Positions 29,225 through 38,613 are shown, numbered from the stretch's first letter. The stretch is DNA of 38,814 nucleotides from Nitrospirota bacterium (GCA_040754455.1 JBFMCP010000032.1:1-38814); one strand, 5' to 3'. Numbers and translations are program-made. The notes: generated by a model from the letters alone, not told the origin.

Positions 29225-29454
29225 AAATCCGAAGCATTTTAGAATTTGGAGCCTCTAACGAAATGAAAGAGCCCGGAGTCGGGCAGGGTAGAGTATGAGA
29301 GCGGTTTAGACAGCCTACGCGTAACCAGGGATGGTGAAGCAGGCTGTCTCCCTCGGAGGAATATGTGGATGCATTCCGAGAATGAGCGATCATGCTCTGC
29401 CTTCTCTGACTCCCTCTTCCACATTCCGCTAGACGCTCTTAGTGTTTCGGATTT
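29225..29454 (+). ncRNA. Candidate structured RNA or non-coding element between nifJ and lctP
   Basis: Nested helices 29225-36/29443-54, 29275-83/29405-13, 29285-98/29390-403, 29308-16/29341-49 and 29352-57/29375-80. Non-Watson-Crick positions are G-U on the + strand. Confidence 0.5.
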
Positions 29455-29480
29455 CGAGCTTGTCGTTCGTTGAGGTGATT

Positions 29481-31247
29481 ATGACGTGGCACATGGAAAC
29501 CGACCCCTTAAACAGTACACTATTCTCTGCATTATTGGCGGCAGTCCCCATAGCCGTCATGTTCTGGGCGCTTGCAATAAAACGCACCAAAGGACATGTT
29601 GCTGCACTGTATGCGGTCATCTCCGCCTTTCTGGTAGCAGTCATCGGCTACGGCATGCCCGTTTATCTCGCGGCACTGGCCACACTCTATGGCATGCTCT
29701 TCGGCATCTTCCCCATCGTCTGGATCGTGGTGACCGCGGTCTTTCTGTTCAATGTAACGGTGAAGGCAGGGCAGTTCGATATCATCAAAAACTCCATTGC
29801 TTCCATCACTGACGACCGCCGTCTGCAGGCCCTGCTCATTGCTTTCTCCTTCGGCTCTTTTCTCGAGGGGGCAGCCGGTTTCGGAGCGCCGGTGGCGATC
29901 ACCGCTGCCATGCTGGGGGGACTGGGATTCGATCCGCTCTACGCTGCCGGCATCTGCCTGCTCGCCAATACCGCACCCGTTGCGTTCGGCGCTATCGGCA
30001 TTCCCATCGTTGTTGCAGGGCAGGTTTCAGGTATCGATGTCATGGCGATCAGTGAGCTCGTGGGATTCAACCTCCTCTTTCTCTCGGTCATCATTCCCTT
30101 TTATCTCGTTACGCTGATGGCAGGATGGCGCAAAATGGTCGAGATATGGCCGGCGATTTTGGTAAGCGGGCTCTCCTTCGGCATTGCCCAATGGTGGACT
30201 GCCGCAACCCTCGGCCCGTTTCTGCCGGATATCATCGCTTCGGCGGCATCGATTATTCTACTGACTGTTTTTTTAAGGCTCTGGCGTCCTGCCACGAGTT
30301 GGCGTTTTGCTCGCGAACCAGCGGGAACCGGCACAACCGGATTGCAGTATACCGGAAGACAGATATTCAGGGCCTGGGCTCCTTTCATTATTCTCATCCT
30401 CTTTGTTGCTGCCTGGGGCATGACGCCGGTGAAGCAGACCCTCGATTATATCGCATCGGCAACATTCGAAATCCCCGGTCTGCACCATACGGTCATCAAA
30501 GAAGGCAGACCCATGCCGGCGGTATTCACCTTCAATTATCTCAGCGCTGCGGGCACGGCCATCCTTCTCTCCGCGCTCGTCACCATGCTCATGCTCAAGG
30601 TTCCTCTTTTTGAAGGGAGAAAAGTCTTTGCCGATACGGTCAGGGCGATGCGCCTCCCCATTATCACCATTGCAGGCGTCCTCGGGTTTGCCTATCTCTC
30701 GAACTTCTCAGGCATCTCCATTACCCTCGGTAATGCCTTTGCCGGGACCGGTGCGCTCTTTCCCTTCTTCTCTCCGTTCATCGGCTGGCTCGGCGTCTTC
30801 ATCACCGGTTCAGACACCTCTGCAAATGCGCTCTTCGGAAAGCTGCAGCAGGTGACGGCATCACGGATACCGATCGATCCCGTTGTTGCCGTTGCAGCCA
30901 ACAGCACCGGCGGTGTCACCGCAAAGATGATCTCTCCGCAATCCATCGCCGTTGCAACTGCGGCAGTGGACCTCTCAGGACGCGAAGCGGATATCTTCCG
31001 CTTCACCCTCAAGCATTCCATCATTCTCGCGTTGGCCGTCGGCATCATGACCGTTCTGGAGGCTTACGTGTTTACCGGGGTGCTGCCTGATTATGCACGG
31101 ACTGCAGCAACCACAAAAGCAACAACAACAGAGCCGGCGCTCAACGTGGCGGGGGTTGTCTATCTCGGCATCGCCCTGCTGCTCATTCTCCTGACATTCT
31201 TCACGGTCAGGGCAATAGGAAGAAAAGGCTACATCAGATATCGTTGA
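29481..31247 (+). CDS. lctP: L-lactate/glycolate permease
   Basis: DRRLQALLIAF, FLEGAAGFGAP, ANTAPVAFGAIG, GSDTSANALF, KMISPQSI. ATG at 29481 follows GAGGTG. Confidence 0.95.
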   Translation: MTWHMETDPLNSTLFSALLAAVPIAVMFWALAIKRTKGHVAALYAVISAFLVAVIGYGMPVYLAALATLYGMLFGIFPIVWIVVTAVFLFNVTVKAGQFDIIKNSIASITDDRRLQALLIAFSFGSFLEGAAGFGAPVAITAAMLGGLGFDPLYAAGICLLANTAPVAFGAIGIPIVVAGQVSGIDVMAISELVGFNLLFLSVIIPFYLVTLMAGWRKMVEIWPAILVSGLSFGIAQWWTAATLGPFLPDIIASAASIILLTVFLRLWRPATSWRFAREPAGTGTTGLQYTGRQIFRAWAPFIILILFVAAWGMTPVKQTLDYIASATFEIPGLHHTVIKEGRPMPAVFTFNYLSAAGTAILLSALVTMLMLKVPLFEGRKVFADTVRAMRLPIITIAGVLGFAYLSNFSGISITLGNAFAGTGALFPFFSPFIGWLGVFITGSDTSANALFGKLQQVTASRIPIDPVVAVAANSTGGVTAKMISPQSIAVATAAVDLSGREADIFRFTLKHSIILALAVGIMTVLEAYVFTGVLPDYARTAATTKATTTEPALNVAGVVYLGIALLLILLTFFTVRAIGRKGYIRYR

Positions 31248-31446
31248 TGTTGCGTAGTACGCACTTCCAAGGGGAGAGATGGCACGAAGCCTTTATCAGC
31301 GACACCTCAGAAGATTTTCATACCACCTCATTGTAATCATGACGAGGATTACAATTCAGATGAACGCTTCAATTTCCCCACTGAATACGGTATCCTGTCG
31401 CTTTTAAAGGCTTTGGGGCAGCTCTCCCCTCCCCTTATCTGTGACG

Positions 31447-31854
31447 TCAGCTCACACCCTTTGAGGGACGGGCAAGCTCGGGCTCTACATAAGCGTTCAT
31501 GACTTCGAGCCTGCTCACGATTCCCGCGAGTTTTTTCCCGTCACGCACAACGGGAATGACCGTGAAGTGGTTGTGGAGCATTGTCTCAATGATTTCCCTT
31601 TCAGCGGTATCAAGATCGGCAGCGACAACCGACTTCGACATTATCTCTTCAGCAGTAACCGTATCAATATCCCTGCCGTCCCATAATGCCTCGAGAATAT
31701 CGAATTCAGTGACAATGCCGATGATCTCGGATTGATCGTTGACGACCGGGAGTCCCGGATACCCTTCCTCCATAAGCTTTAAAATGATCTCCCTCGCCGT
31801 TGCCTGAGCCTTTATGGCGCTCGCCTTCCGCATCAGATGCCGTGCCTGTGTCAT
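31447..31854 (-). CDS. CBS-pair domain protein
   Basis: GLPVVN...GIVTEFDI and IPVV...GIVSRLEV. Confidence 0.92.
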   Translation of the reverse strand: MTQARHLMRKASAIKAQATAREIILKLMEEGYPGLPVVNDQSEIIGIVTEFDILEALWDGRDIDTVTAEEIMSKSVVAADLDTAEREIIETMLHNHFTVIPVVRDGKKLAGIVSRLEVMNAYVEPELARPSKGVS

Positions 31855-31880
31855 CTCCGCCCTCCTTGGTAGTGCAGTCG

Positions 31881-32366
31881 TTAATATTCCTCAAGATGGT
31901 ACCACTCCGCATTTTCGAGCCAGTTGAACGGCCGTGCGACAAAATCGATGATATTTTCGAGAATGAAGTAGTGCTTGTTTTCTTCCTCTGCAACCTTCAG
32001 GAAGATCTCTTTCTGGTGGGGCTCTCCTACCTTGCCGGCCTGCTCGCGATAATAGTCGCGCGTTTTTACCTCGATCTCCTGTGCCCTGCTGTAGAGGTCT
32101 ATCTCGGAGGCGTCGGCAGTGATGACGTCGCCCTCTTCGCTCATCCGGACAAATATATTCTTCACATCCTTGAGGATCGTTACATCAGGGACCTCGACCG
32201 GCTCATCGCTCCTCATCTTCCGAAATATGTTGTAATGCCTCACTTCGGCGTCGGCGAGCATGGTCAATATATTTTTCAGGCCGGGATTCACAACCTTTCC
32301 CGCCAATTCACGATAATAGTGCTCGCCGTCCTTCTCCAACTGCATCGCGTATTCATAGATATCCAT
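31881..32366 (-). CDS. Rubrerythrin-type ferritin-like diiron protein (no rubredoxin domain)
   Basis: AMQLEKDGEHYY...AEVRH and AQEIE...YY...EENKH repeats. Confidence 0.9.
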   Translation of the reverse strand: MDIYEYAMQLEKDGEHYYRELAGKVVNPGLKNILTMLADAEVRHYNIFRKMRSDEPVEVPDVTILKDVKNIFVRMSEEGDVITADASEIDLYSRAQEIEVKTRDYYREQAGKVGEPHQKEIFLKVAEEENKHYFILENIIDFVARPFNWLENAEWYHLEEY

Positions 32367-32557
32367 ATGGTCACCTCCGGGTATATTGAGGCTCCAAGGC
32401 GTGAATGCAAACTATTTTCTACTGGACCGGCTGCACAGTGCCCGCTCGGCCTCATGACAAATACAGTTTGTGCTCACACCCTAAAAAGATTATATCAGAC
32501 AATTGCTCAAGTGGCTTGCGTTAAAAGCAACGGGGGAATGGTGAGATGGCGTACCGG

Positions 32558-33781
32558 CTACGGCACTGTTCTGAAATTTTTCTCTCTCCGTATCAGATCG
32601 TTCGGCCTCACGCCGGGAGGGACATTCATGAAAATAATATCCTCGTTCCGTGCGGAAGTAATGCTCGCGCCGTCCGCATCGTGCATTGCTTCGACGGCAA
32701 AGCGCCGCTCCTCAAAGCCGGGAGAAAGGTACTCGACCTCATCACCGAGATCGAGCCTGTTCCTCAAGCCGATCTTTGCGCGGTCGCCGCTGACCTCGAG
32801 GACAACGCCGACCAACTCATGGCTCATACGGTAACTCTCCCCGTCGAAGTTGTAGTCGCTGTCGGGCTGTCTGCCGAAGAACATGCCGGTCGTATACCCC
32901 CTGCTGCTGAACATGGAAAGCTCTTTCAGCCAGCGGGGATTCACCCTGTACGGCACACCTTCTTTCATCGCATCAATAGCCTCGCGGTAGGTCTTTACGA
33001 CTCCGGCGATGTAGTTGATGCCCTTCATCCTGCCCTCGATTTTGAAGCTGTCGATGCCTGCATCCGCAAGGAGAGGAAGATGTTCGATCATGCAGAGGTC
33101 CTTTGAGCTCATAACATAGGTCCCCCGGTCATCCTCGAATACCGGGAAATACTCTCCCTGCCGTTTCTCTTCCATAAGGGTATAATTCCACCGGCAGGAA
33201 TTGGTGCATTCTCCCCTGTTCGCACCACGCGACGCAAGAAAGCTGCTGATATAGCATCTTCCGGAATAGGAGATACAGAGAGAGCCGTGGACAAAAACCT
33301 CGAGTTCGATGCCGACGCTCTGCCGTATTTCCCTTATTTCATCGACCGACAGCTCCCGTGCAAGAATAAGCCTCTTTGCGCCCAGCTCCTCCCAGAAGCG
33401 TGCTGCCTCGCGATTGGTGATGTTTGCTTGTGTACTGATATGAATGTCGAGATCAGGGATGCGCTTTTTTATCAGGGAATACACCCCGGGATCGGAGAGG
33501 ATCACCGCATCCGGCCTGACCTCTTTGAGCACCTCGAGATGCTCCTCGATCTCAGGAATATCCCTGTTGTGCGGAAAGATGTTGACCGTCACATACACCT
33601 TTACACCCCGCCCCCGGGCATAATCGACCGCCCGTTGTAGCTCCCCGGGATAAAAGTTCCGCGCCTTGCCCCTCAGGCTGAAACGAGAATCGCCGAGATA
33701 CACTGCGTCAGCGCCGTAATGAATGGCGGTAACGAGCTTTTCAAAATCTCCCGCAGGAGCAAGCAGCTCAGGCTTCTTCAC
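32558..33781 (-). CDS. Peptidase U32 family protein (TrhP/YegQ-like tRNA hydroxylation protein)
   Basis: [53 protein letters not shown]. Confidence 0.92.
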   Translation of the reverse strand: MKKPELLAPAGDFEKLVTAIHYGADAVYLGDSRFSLRGKARNFYPGELQRAVDYARGRGVKVYVTVNIFPHNRDIPEIEEHLEVLKEVRPDAVILSDPGVYSLIKKRIPDLDIHISTQANITNREAARFWEELGAKRLILARELSVDEIREIRQSVGIELEVFVHGSLCISYSGRCYISSFLASRGANRGECTNSCRWNYTLMEEKRQGEYFPVFEDDRGTYVMSSKDLCMIEHLPLLADAGIDSFKIEGRMKGINYIAGVVKTYREAIDAMKEGVPYRVNPRWLKELSMFSSRGYTTGMFFGRQPDSDYNFDGESYRMSHELVGVVLEVSGDRAKIGLRNRLDLGDEVEYLSPGFEERRFAVEAMHDADGASITSARNEDIIFMNVPPGVRPNDLIRREKNFRTVP

Positions 33782-34239
33782 TTATTCCTCCCTCTGCATT
33801 CCCCGATCGCCTGGCGTGCGAGCCGGTCGCAGCGCTCGTTTTCAGGATGTCCGTCGTGCCCCTTGATCCAGACCCACTCAATCTCGTGGGGCCTGGACGC
33901 ATTAAGAAGCCGCTCCCATAAGTCCCTGTTGAGCACATCCTTCTTCTGGGAGTTCTTCCAGTCCTTTTTTATCCAGCCGGCCATCCACTCGGACATGCCT
34001 TTCACCACATAATTCGAATCGGTCGTGACTCTGACCCTGCACGGCCTTTTCAGCCGTTCGAGCGCAGAGATCACCCCGAGCAGTTCCATTCTGTTATTGG
34101 TGGTCATCGGCTCGCATCCTGATAATTCGGCAACTTTCTCACCCGAGCGCAGGATCGCCCCATAGCCGCCGGGGCCGGGATTTCCGCTGCACGCGCCGTC
34201 CGCATAGATTTCGACAAAAGGTTTCCGATCGTTTTTCAT
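33778..34239 (-). CDS. rnhA: Ribonuclease HI
   Basis: [35 protein letters not shown]. Confidence 0.98.
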   Translation of the reverse strand: MKNDRKPFVEIYADGACSGNPGPGGYGAILRSGEKVAELSGCEPMTTNNRMELLGVISALERLKRPCRVRVTTDSNYVVKGMSEWMAGWIKKDWKNSQKKDVLNRDLWERLLNASRPHEIEWVWIKGHDGHPENERCDRLARQAIGECRGRNK

Positions 34240-34352
34240 ACAATAGTTATATTACCCTTTTTCGCCTCTTGATGCCAAAAAAACCCATTGCTATTTTCAC
34301 TGCCGTCGTTTAAAATCTTCTTCAAAGCCTTTACCAGGCTGCACGCGAGGCC

Positions 34353-34559
34353 ATGGAAAAATACTTTAACATCCAGCAGCTTGCCAAGTACCTGAAGATG
34401 ACCGAGAGCGCGGTACAAGATCTCGTAAAAGGGAACAAAATACCTTTAATCAATACCCCTTCCGGCATCGTTATCTTTAAGAAGAATGACATCGATCACT
34501 GGCTCGAAGAAAAAAGAGCGAAAGTGAAGACCATCCTGACAGGCGACGAGATCATCTGA
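34353..34559 (+). CDS. Small excisionase-like (HTH_17) DNA-binding protein
   Basis: YFNIQQLAKYLKM...V..LV...KIP...IFKKNDIDHWL. Confidence 0.8.
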   Translation: MEKYFNIQQLAKYLKMTESAVQDLVKGNKIPLINTPSGIVIFKKNDIDHWLEEKRAKVKTILTGDEII

Positions 34560-34566
34560 AAAGACA

Positions 34567-34658
34567 AGAATTCAGAATTCAGAAGCCAGAATTCAGAATA
34601 AAAGCTTCGAATAGAATTTCTTTAATTCTGGATCCTGACTCCTGGATTCTGAGTTCTG
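34567..34658. repeat. Inverted heptamer tandem repeat between convergent genes, probably acting as a terminator
   Basis: AGAATTC/AGAAGCC units at 34567-34599 against ATTCTG GATCCTG ACTCCTG GATTCTG AGTTCTG at 34625-34658. Confidence 0.8.
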
Positions 34659-34662
34659 TTTT

Positions 34663-36009
34663 TTACTTTGGAAGAATAAAATAGAAGTTGTTTCCGTACT
34701 GAGTCGCCTCATAACCTACCACGCCGCCGTGCAGCTCGATGACATTCTTGATAAAGGCGAGGCCGTGTCCGGTACCGGGCTTGTCCTTGGCATTCGAGGC
34801 GCGGTACTCCTCTTCGAAGAGCCTGCCCCGCTCATCGGGACTGATATGCGGTCCGGTGCTGTAGACATTGTACTTTACCCCGTCTTTTCCCGGGCCGAAG
34901 AAATCCTTGATGATCTCCCTGCCATAGGCAACGTACTTTATCCTTTCACCGGAATGGGTGGTGACCTCCTGGGTATATTTGAGGGCGTTGGAAAAGAGGT
35001 TTGCGTAGACCTGTGCGATCAACCCCACATCCACCACACTGATGACCTCCTCATCGGGCACGCCGCTCAATCTGTTGTCGATAGTGATCCCCATATCCCT
35101 GAACTGTTCGGCATAGCGCTCCAACTGCGGCTGTATAACGTCCCGCTTCATGTTGCAGGTTTGGGTACGCAGGGTAAGCCTTCCCTGGTCGAAGTGGCTC
35201 CGCCGCAGGAGCGTCTCCAGAAAGAGGCTCATATTCCTGTAATGCTTCTCAATATTTTCAAAATCCTCGGTCAATCCCTGATTGGCCTCGCTCAGCTCGG
35301 CATAAATGCGCTCTATACAGCCAGTATCGCAGGGCCCTTCGGACACAAGCTTGGCGATGAGCTGTTCTATTTCCCTGTTCTTGGCGATCTTGCCCTTCAG
35401 CCGGCGCAAAAAGAGCTTATATACCATATTCGGTACGATGATGTTGTGCTCGATATCGGTGACAAGGGTGCGGATAAAGCGCAGGTGCTCGATATTCTTT
35501 TCATCCAGATAGCGGTTGTGGATGTTGAAGCCGATACGGTTGGCGTATTTCTCGAAGAAGAGCTCACGATGCGGGTCCCGCTCTTTCAGGGGATACACTT
35601 CGAGCAGGCCGAGCACGTCATCCAATGTCTTGAACGGGAGCTGGTCGATAAGAAAGCTTTTACCACGGATCGTCAGTACCAGGCTGTCGGCAGCGGTGTA
35701 GTACGGAGAGTCCTCAGGATGTACATCCGCAGGAGGAGGAGCATGCAGCCCCTCGTCGGGCTGTTCGGTCTTTGCAACGAGCGAAAAGCTGTTATGTCTC
35801 GGCTCAATGAGATAGAGACGGGCATCCAGGTTGAAAAATACCTTCGGAATGAATACGCAGATCGCATAGAAATCCGTGATCTGATCGAATTCCTGGGATA
35901 GGTCGAAGAAGGCCTTCAGGGCATTGTTCTCGGTCTGCGTAAAATTGTAATGGAGATAGTGCTGTCTCTTGGTCTCGATGCGTTCGATTATATAATGTAG
36001 TGTTGACAT
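34663..36009 (-). CDS. Cytoplasmic orphan sensor histidine kinase with atypical H-box and G1 box
   Basis: DIEHNIIVPN (H-box-like), NLFSNALKY (N box), STGPHI (G1 without Asp), GTGHGL (G2), LHGG. Confidence 0.82.
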   Translation of the reverse strand: MSTLHYIIERIETKRQHYLHYNFTQTENNALKAFFDLSQEFDQITDFYAICVFIPKVFFNLDARLYLIEPRHNSFSLVAKTEQPDEGLHAPPPADVHPEDSPYYTAADSLVLTIRGKSFLIDQLPFKTLDDVLGLLEVYPLKERDPHRELFFEKYANRIGFNIHNRYLDEKNIEHLRFIRTLVTDIEHNIIVPNMVYKLFLRRLKGKIAKNREIEQLIAKLVSEGPCDTGCIERIYAELSEANQGLTEDFENIEKHYRNMSLFLETLLRRSHFDQGRLTLRTQTCNMKRDVIQPQLERYAEQFRDMGITIDNRLSGVPDEEVISVVDVGLIAQVYANLFSNALKYTQEVTTHSGERIKYVAYGREIIKDFFGPGKDGVKYNVYSTGPHISPDERGRLFEEEYRASNAKDKPGTGHGLAFIKNVIELHGGVVGYEATQYGNNFYFILPK

Positions 36010-36086
36010 AACCGCAGGTAGTACCGTAGGTTCACCACCCTATTATATCAAACTTTCTTTTGCTCCATGCGACGATAAAACAGCAA

Positions 36087-36165
36087 AACGGTGAATAGGT
36101 GAATAGGTGAATAGGCAATTTGGAAGATACTTCTTTCCGGTTCACCGATTTGCCGACTCACCGTT
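36087..36165. repeat. Inverted octamer tandem repeat
   Basis: GGTGAATA x3 plus GGCAA (36090-36118) against TTCACCG ATTTGCCG ACTCACCGTT (36141-36165). Confidence 0.78.
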
Positions 36166-36169
36166 CGTC

Positions 36170-36207
36170 AAAAAAAAGGCCTGCCCAGTGGGGGGAACTG
36201 AGCAGGC
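36170..36207 (-). terminator. Intrinsic terminator
   Basis: RNA GCCUGCUCAGU, loop UCCCCCC, ACUGGGCAGGC, then CUUUUUUUU. Confidence 0.88.
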
Positions 36208-36362
36208 TGCAGACCGGGCCCCGAGAGGCCAGCGCCTTTCAGGGCTCTCTTGAGGAGGCCAGGATAGCTGGAGACTACCGAGGCCCGTTCGTCCCCCAGG
36301 AGGAAGTGGGGGACAGGGGGAAGAGCCGTTATGTAAAATAAATGCGCCTCATTACTTCTCTT
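36170..36362 (-). ncRNA. Candidate ~190-nt small RNA with C-rich/anti-SD loops
   Basis: Bounded by a near-consensus promoter and an intrinsic terminator. Hairpin GUCCCCCA-CUUCCUCC-UGGGGGAC; helix 36278-87/36215-24 closes a multiloop. Confidence 0.62.
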
Positions 36363-36368
36363 AGGCAA

Positions 36369-36397
36369 AGTATAGAGCAGAAGTAAATAGCTGTCAA
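36369..36397 (-). promoter_or_regulatory. Near-consensus sigma70 promoter
   Basis: TTGACA (36397-36392), 17 nt, TATACT (36374-36369). Confidence 0.85.
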
Positions 36398-36456
36398 ATA
36401 TCTGACGATCTACAAGGAAGGTATATACAAGGAGATAGCTATAGACAGGAACGACG

Positions 36457-38157
36457 CTACCATTTCATCGAAAGGAAAACATCAACGACCTTCGGGTCCA
36501 GATGCGACCCAGCAAGAGAACGGATATGCTCGCGCGCCTGCTCTTCAGACCACGAGGGATGATAGGGCCTGTCTGAACGCAGGGCATCCCATACGTCGAC
36601 CACGGCAAAGACGCGTGCCGCAAGAGGAATACTCTCGCCCTTCAGGCCGCGCGGATAGCCGGTGCCGTCCCACCGTTCGTGATGGCAGTAGGGGATATCG
36701 ATGGCAGGTCTCAGGTACGGGATGTGCATCAATAATTCATAGGCATACACTGGATGGAGACGCATAGTGTTCCACTCCTCTTCGGTGAGGGAGCCTCTCT
36801 TGAGGAGAATGCGGTCGGGGATACCGATCTTGCCGATATCATGGAGGAAGGCGCCCCGGCGGATATTGACCAGGTCCTGCCCCCTCACCCCGAGCGCGCC
36901 CGCGAGGCGTACCGTCATATCCGTGACTCTCCGCGTATGGCCCTCGGTCACCACATCACGCAATTCGAGCGTGCGGCCCCAACCTTCGAGCGTTGCATCG
37001 TAGGCGAGATTCAGATCCGTGACGGCCCGCTGCAGATCTTCATACAGCTCTGCATTATCGATGGCGATCGATGCCTGGGAGGCAAGGGCATCGAGAAAAT
37101 CGAGCCATTCCTTTGCCGGATCGAGCGGAGAGCGGTGAAAAACTTCGAGCACCCCCTTGACCTGCCCCTTCGCGATAAGCGGAACGCCCAAATAGGCGAC
37201 GAACCCCTCACGGGCGATAAGAGGGAAGCGCTTGAGCCGCTGCTGTATCTCGACCGGATTCAGGATACTGACAGTGCGCCGCTCCAACGCAGCCTTTCCC
37301 GCCGTCCCTTCCCCAAGGAGAAGCCGCGACTGTTCAATGTCCGGGTAGCGAAATCCCCTGCCCGCAGCGTATTCGAGTTCCTGCACCTCATTCAACAGCA
37401 GCACGCAGGCGGCATCCACATTCAGCTGCGTAACGACCTGATCGAGGAAAACACTGAGCGTAATGCGCAGATCGAGGCTCGTGCTGATCGCCATATCGAT
37501 GGTCCTGAGTGCATCGAGGCGCTGGACATGGCGCCGGATCTGCGCCTCGGCCCACTTCTGCTCGGTAATGTCTTCTCCCGAGCTGAGGGTGCCGGTAATA
37601 GCACCCCTCTCATCGGTAATTATGGTATTCCGCCAGGCGATCATCCTTTCTTCGCCGCTTCTGGTAGTGACAGGGCTTTCGAAATACACGGACAGCTCGA
37701 CATCCCCTGACATCAGCCGTTGAAAACCTGCTTTGTGCCTCTCCCTGAACCGTTCGGGAACAACAGTATCGAACCAATTCCTGCCGATAAGCTCATCCTC
37801 ACGGTAGCCCAGGACCTCGCATCCGTATTTGTTGATGAGGCTTACCTTCTGATCAGCATCAACGACAACGAGAATGACCCCGGCTATGTCGAGATACTTC
37901 TGCGCCTTTTCTTTCTCCCGTATGATCGATTCCTCAGCACGCTCTCTCTTCTTCAGTTCGCGGCTTAGCAAGACGTAGAGCAGCAAGGTGCTGAGGACGA
38001 CGAACACCTCTCCTTTGTACGTCTGGAACATGGTTATTTTGTAAGGATCGGTGAAAAGCGCGAATAGGAGGCGGTCAGAGAGTGCGACCCATAAGCTCCC
38101 GAAAACAGCATACAACAGCGAAATATGCAGGACTGAATAGAGGCTTGTTCGTTTCAT
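36457..38157 (-). CDS. Membrane-anchored PAS-GAF-HD-GYP c-di-GMP phosphodiesterase
   Basis: Two N-terminal TMs, PAS ending in DITEQK, GAF (GVPLIAKGQVKGVL), LHDIGK, HHERWDGTGYP. Confidence 0.95.
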   Translation of the reverse strand: MKRTSLYSVLHISLLYAVFGSLWVALSDRLLFALFTDPYKITMFQTYKGEVFVVLSTLLLYVLLSRELKKRERAEESIIREKEKAQKYLDIAGVILVVVDADQKVSLINKYGCEVLGYREDELIGRNWFDTVVPERFRERHKAGFQRLMSGDVELSVYFESPVTTRSGEERMIAWRNTIITDERGAITGTLSSGEDITEQKWAEAQIRRHVQRLDALRTIDMAISTSLDLRITLSVFLDQVVTQLNVDAACVLLLNEVQELEYAAGRGFRYPDIEQSRLLLGEGTAGKAALERRTVSILNPVEIQQRLKRFPLIAREGFVAYLGVPLIAKGQVKGVLEVFHRSPLDPAKEWLDFLDALASQASIAIDNAELYEDLQRAVTDLNLAYDATLEGWGRTLELRDVVTEGHTRRVTDMTVRLAGALGVRGQDLVNIRRGAFLHDIGKIGIPDRILLKRGSLTEEEWNTMRLHPVYAYELLMHIPYLRPAIDIPYCHHERWDGTGYPRGLKGESIPLAARVFAVVDVWDALRSDRPYHPSWSEEQAREHIRSLAGSHLDPKVVDVFLSMKW

Positions 38158-38328
38158 GAGTTAGGGCGTGTATACAACCGAGAAGTGATGGAACCATACC
38201 CTTCCCTTGATGTACTGTTTTATCCGCATTTTTAACAACCCGTCTTGCAACGGGAATGGATAGAGCAATGGAATATGGAATGTGATACCCGGTCAGATGC
38301 CCTGTCGGGAGCCGGGCACCACGCTCTC

Positions 38329-38613
38329 TTACTCTCCTGTCAGCTCCTTGACTTCCTCTTTGCCGTGCTCCAGCTCCCGTACCTGTTCCTGATCCAGCCG
38401 AAGCAGGAGTGTCTGGAACTCTCCCACATGGGTCTTCTCTTCCTTTGCGACATCCATGAGGATCGTTTTAAGATGGGCGCTCTCGGTCAATGCCGCCATC
38501 TGCTCATAAAGGTTGATAGCGTCGAGCTCGGCAATAATGGCAGCGCGCAGGATCTCCTTGTCAAGGTTGTTCTTGTTCACCGCGTTAAGATTGATCGGTA
38601 TTTGCGACAGCAT
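38329..38613 (-). CDS. Small ferritin-like protein (encapsulated-ferritin/Flp-like half bundle)
   Basis: AIIAELDAINLYEQ...EEKTHVGEF. ATG at 38613 follows AGAGGGGG (alternative start 38631). Confidence 0.85.
   Translation of the reverse strand: MLSQIPINLNAVNKNNLDKEILRAAIIAELDAINLYEQMAALTESAHLKTILMDVAKEEKTHVGEFQTLLLRLDQEQVRELEHGKEEVKELTGE

Noticed and set aside
31330..31355. 9-bp inverted repeat ATTGTAATC/GATTACAAT between lctP and the CBS gene
   Set aside because: Weak, AT-rich and located between convergent 3' ends; not enough to call a terminator or operator.
34353..34559. Prophage or integrative element marked by the excisionase-like HTH
   Set aside because: No integrase, att-like repeat, tRNA or phage genes nearby.
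36168..36368. 66-aa minus-strand ORF (and the 73-aa plus-strand ORF 36120-36341)
   Set aside because: The minus ORF starts upstream of the predicted TSS and runs through the terminator. Neither has an RBS or motifs, and the region is better explained as structured RNA.
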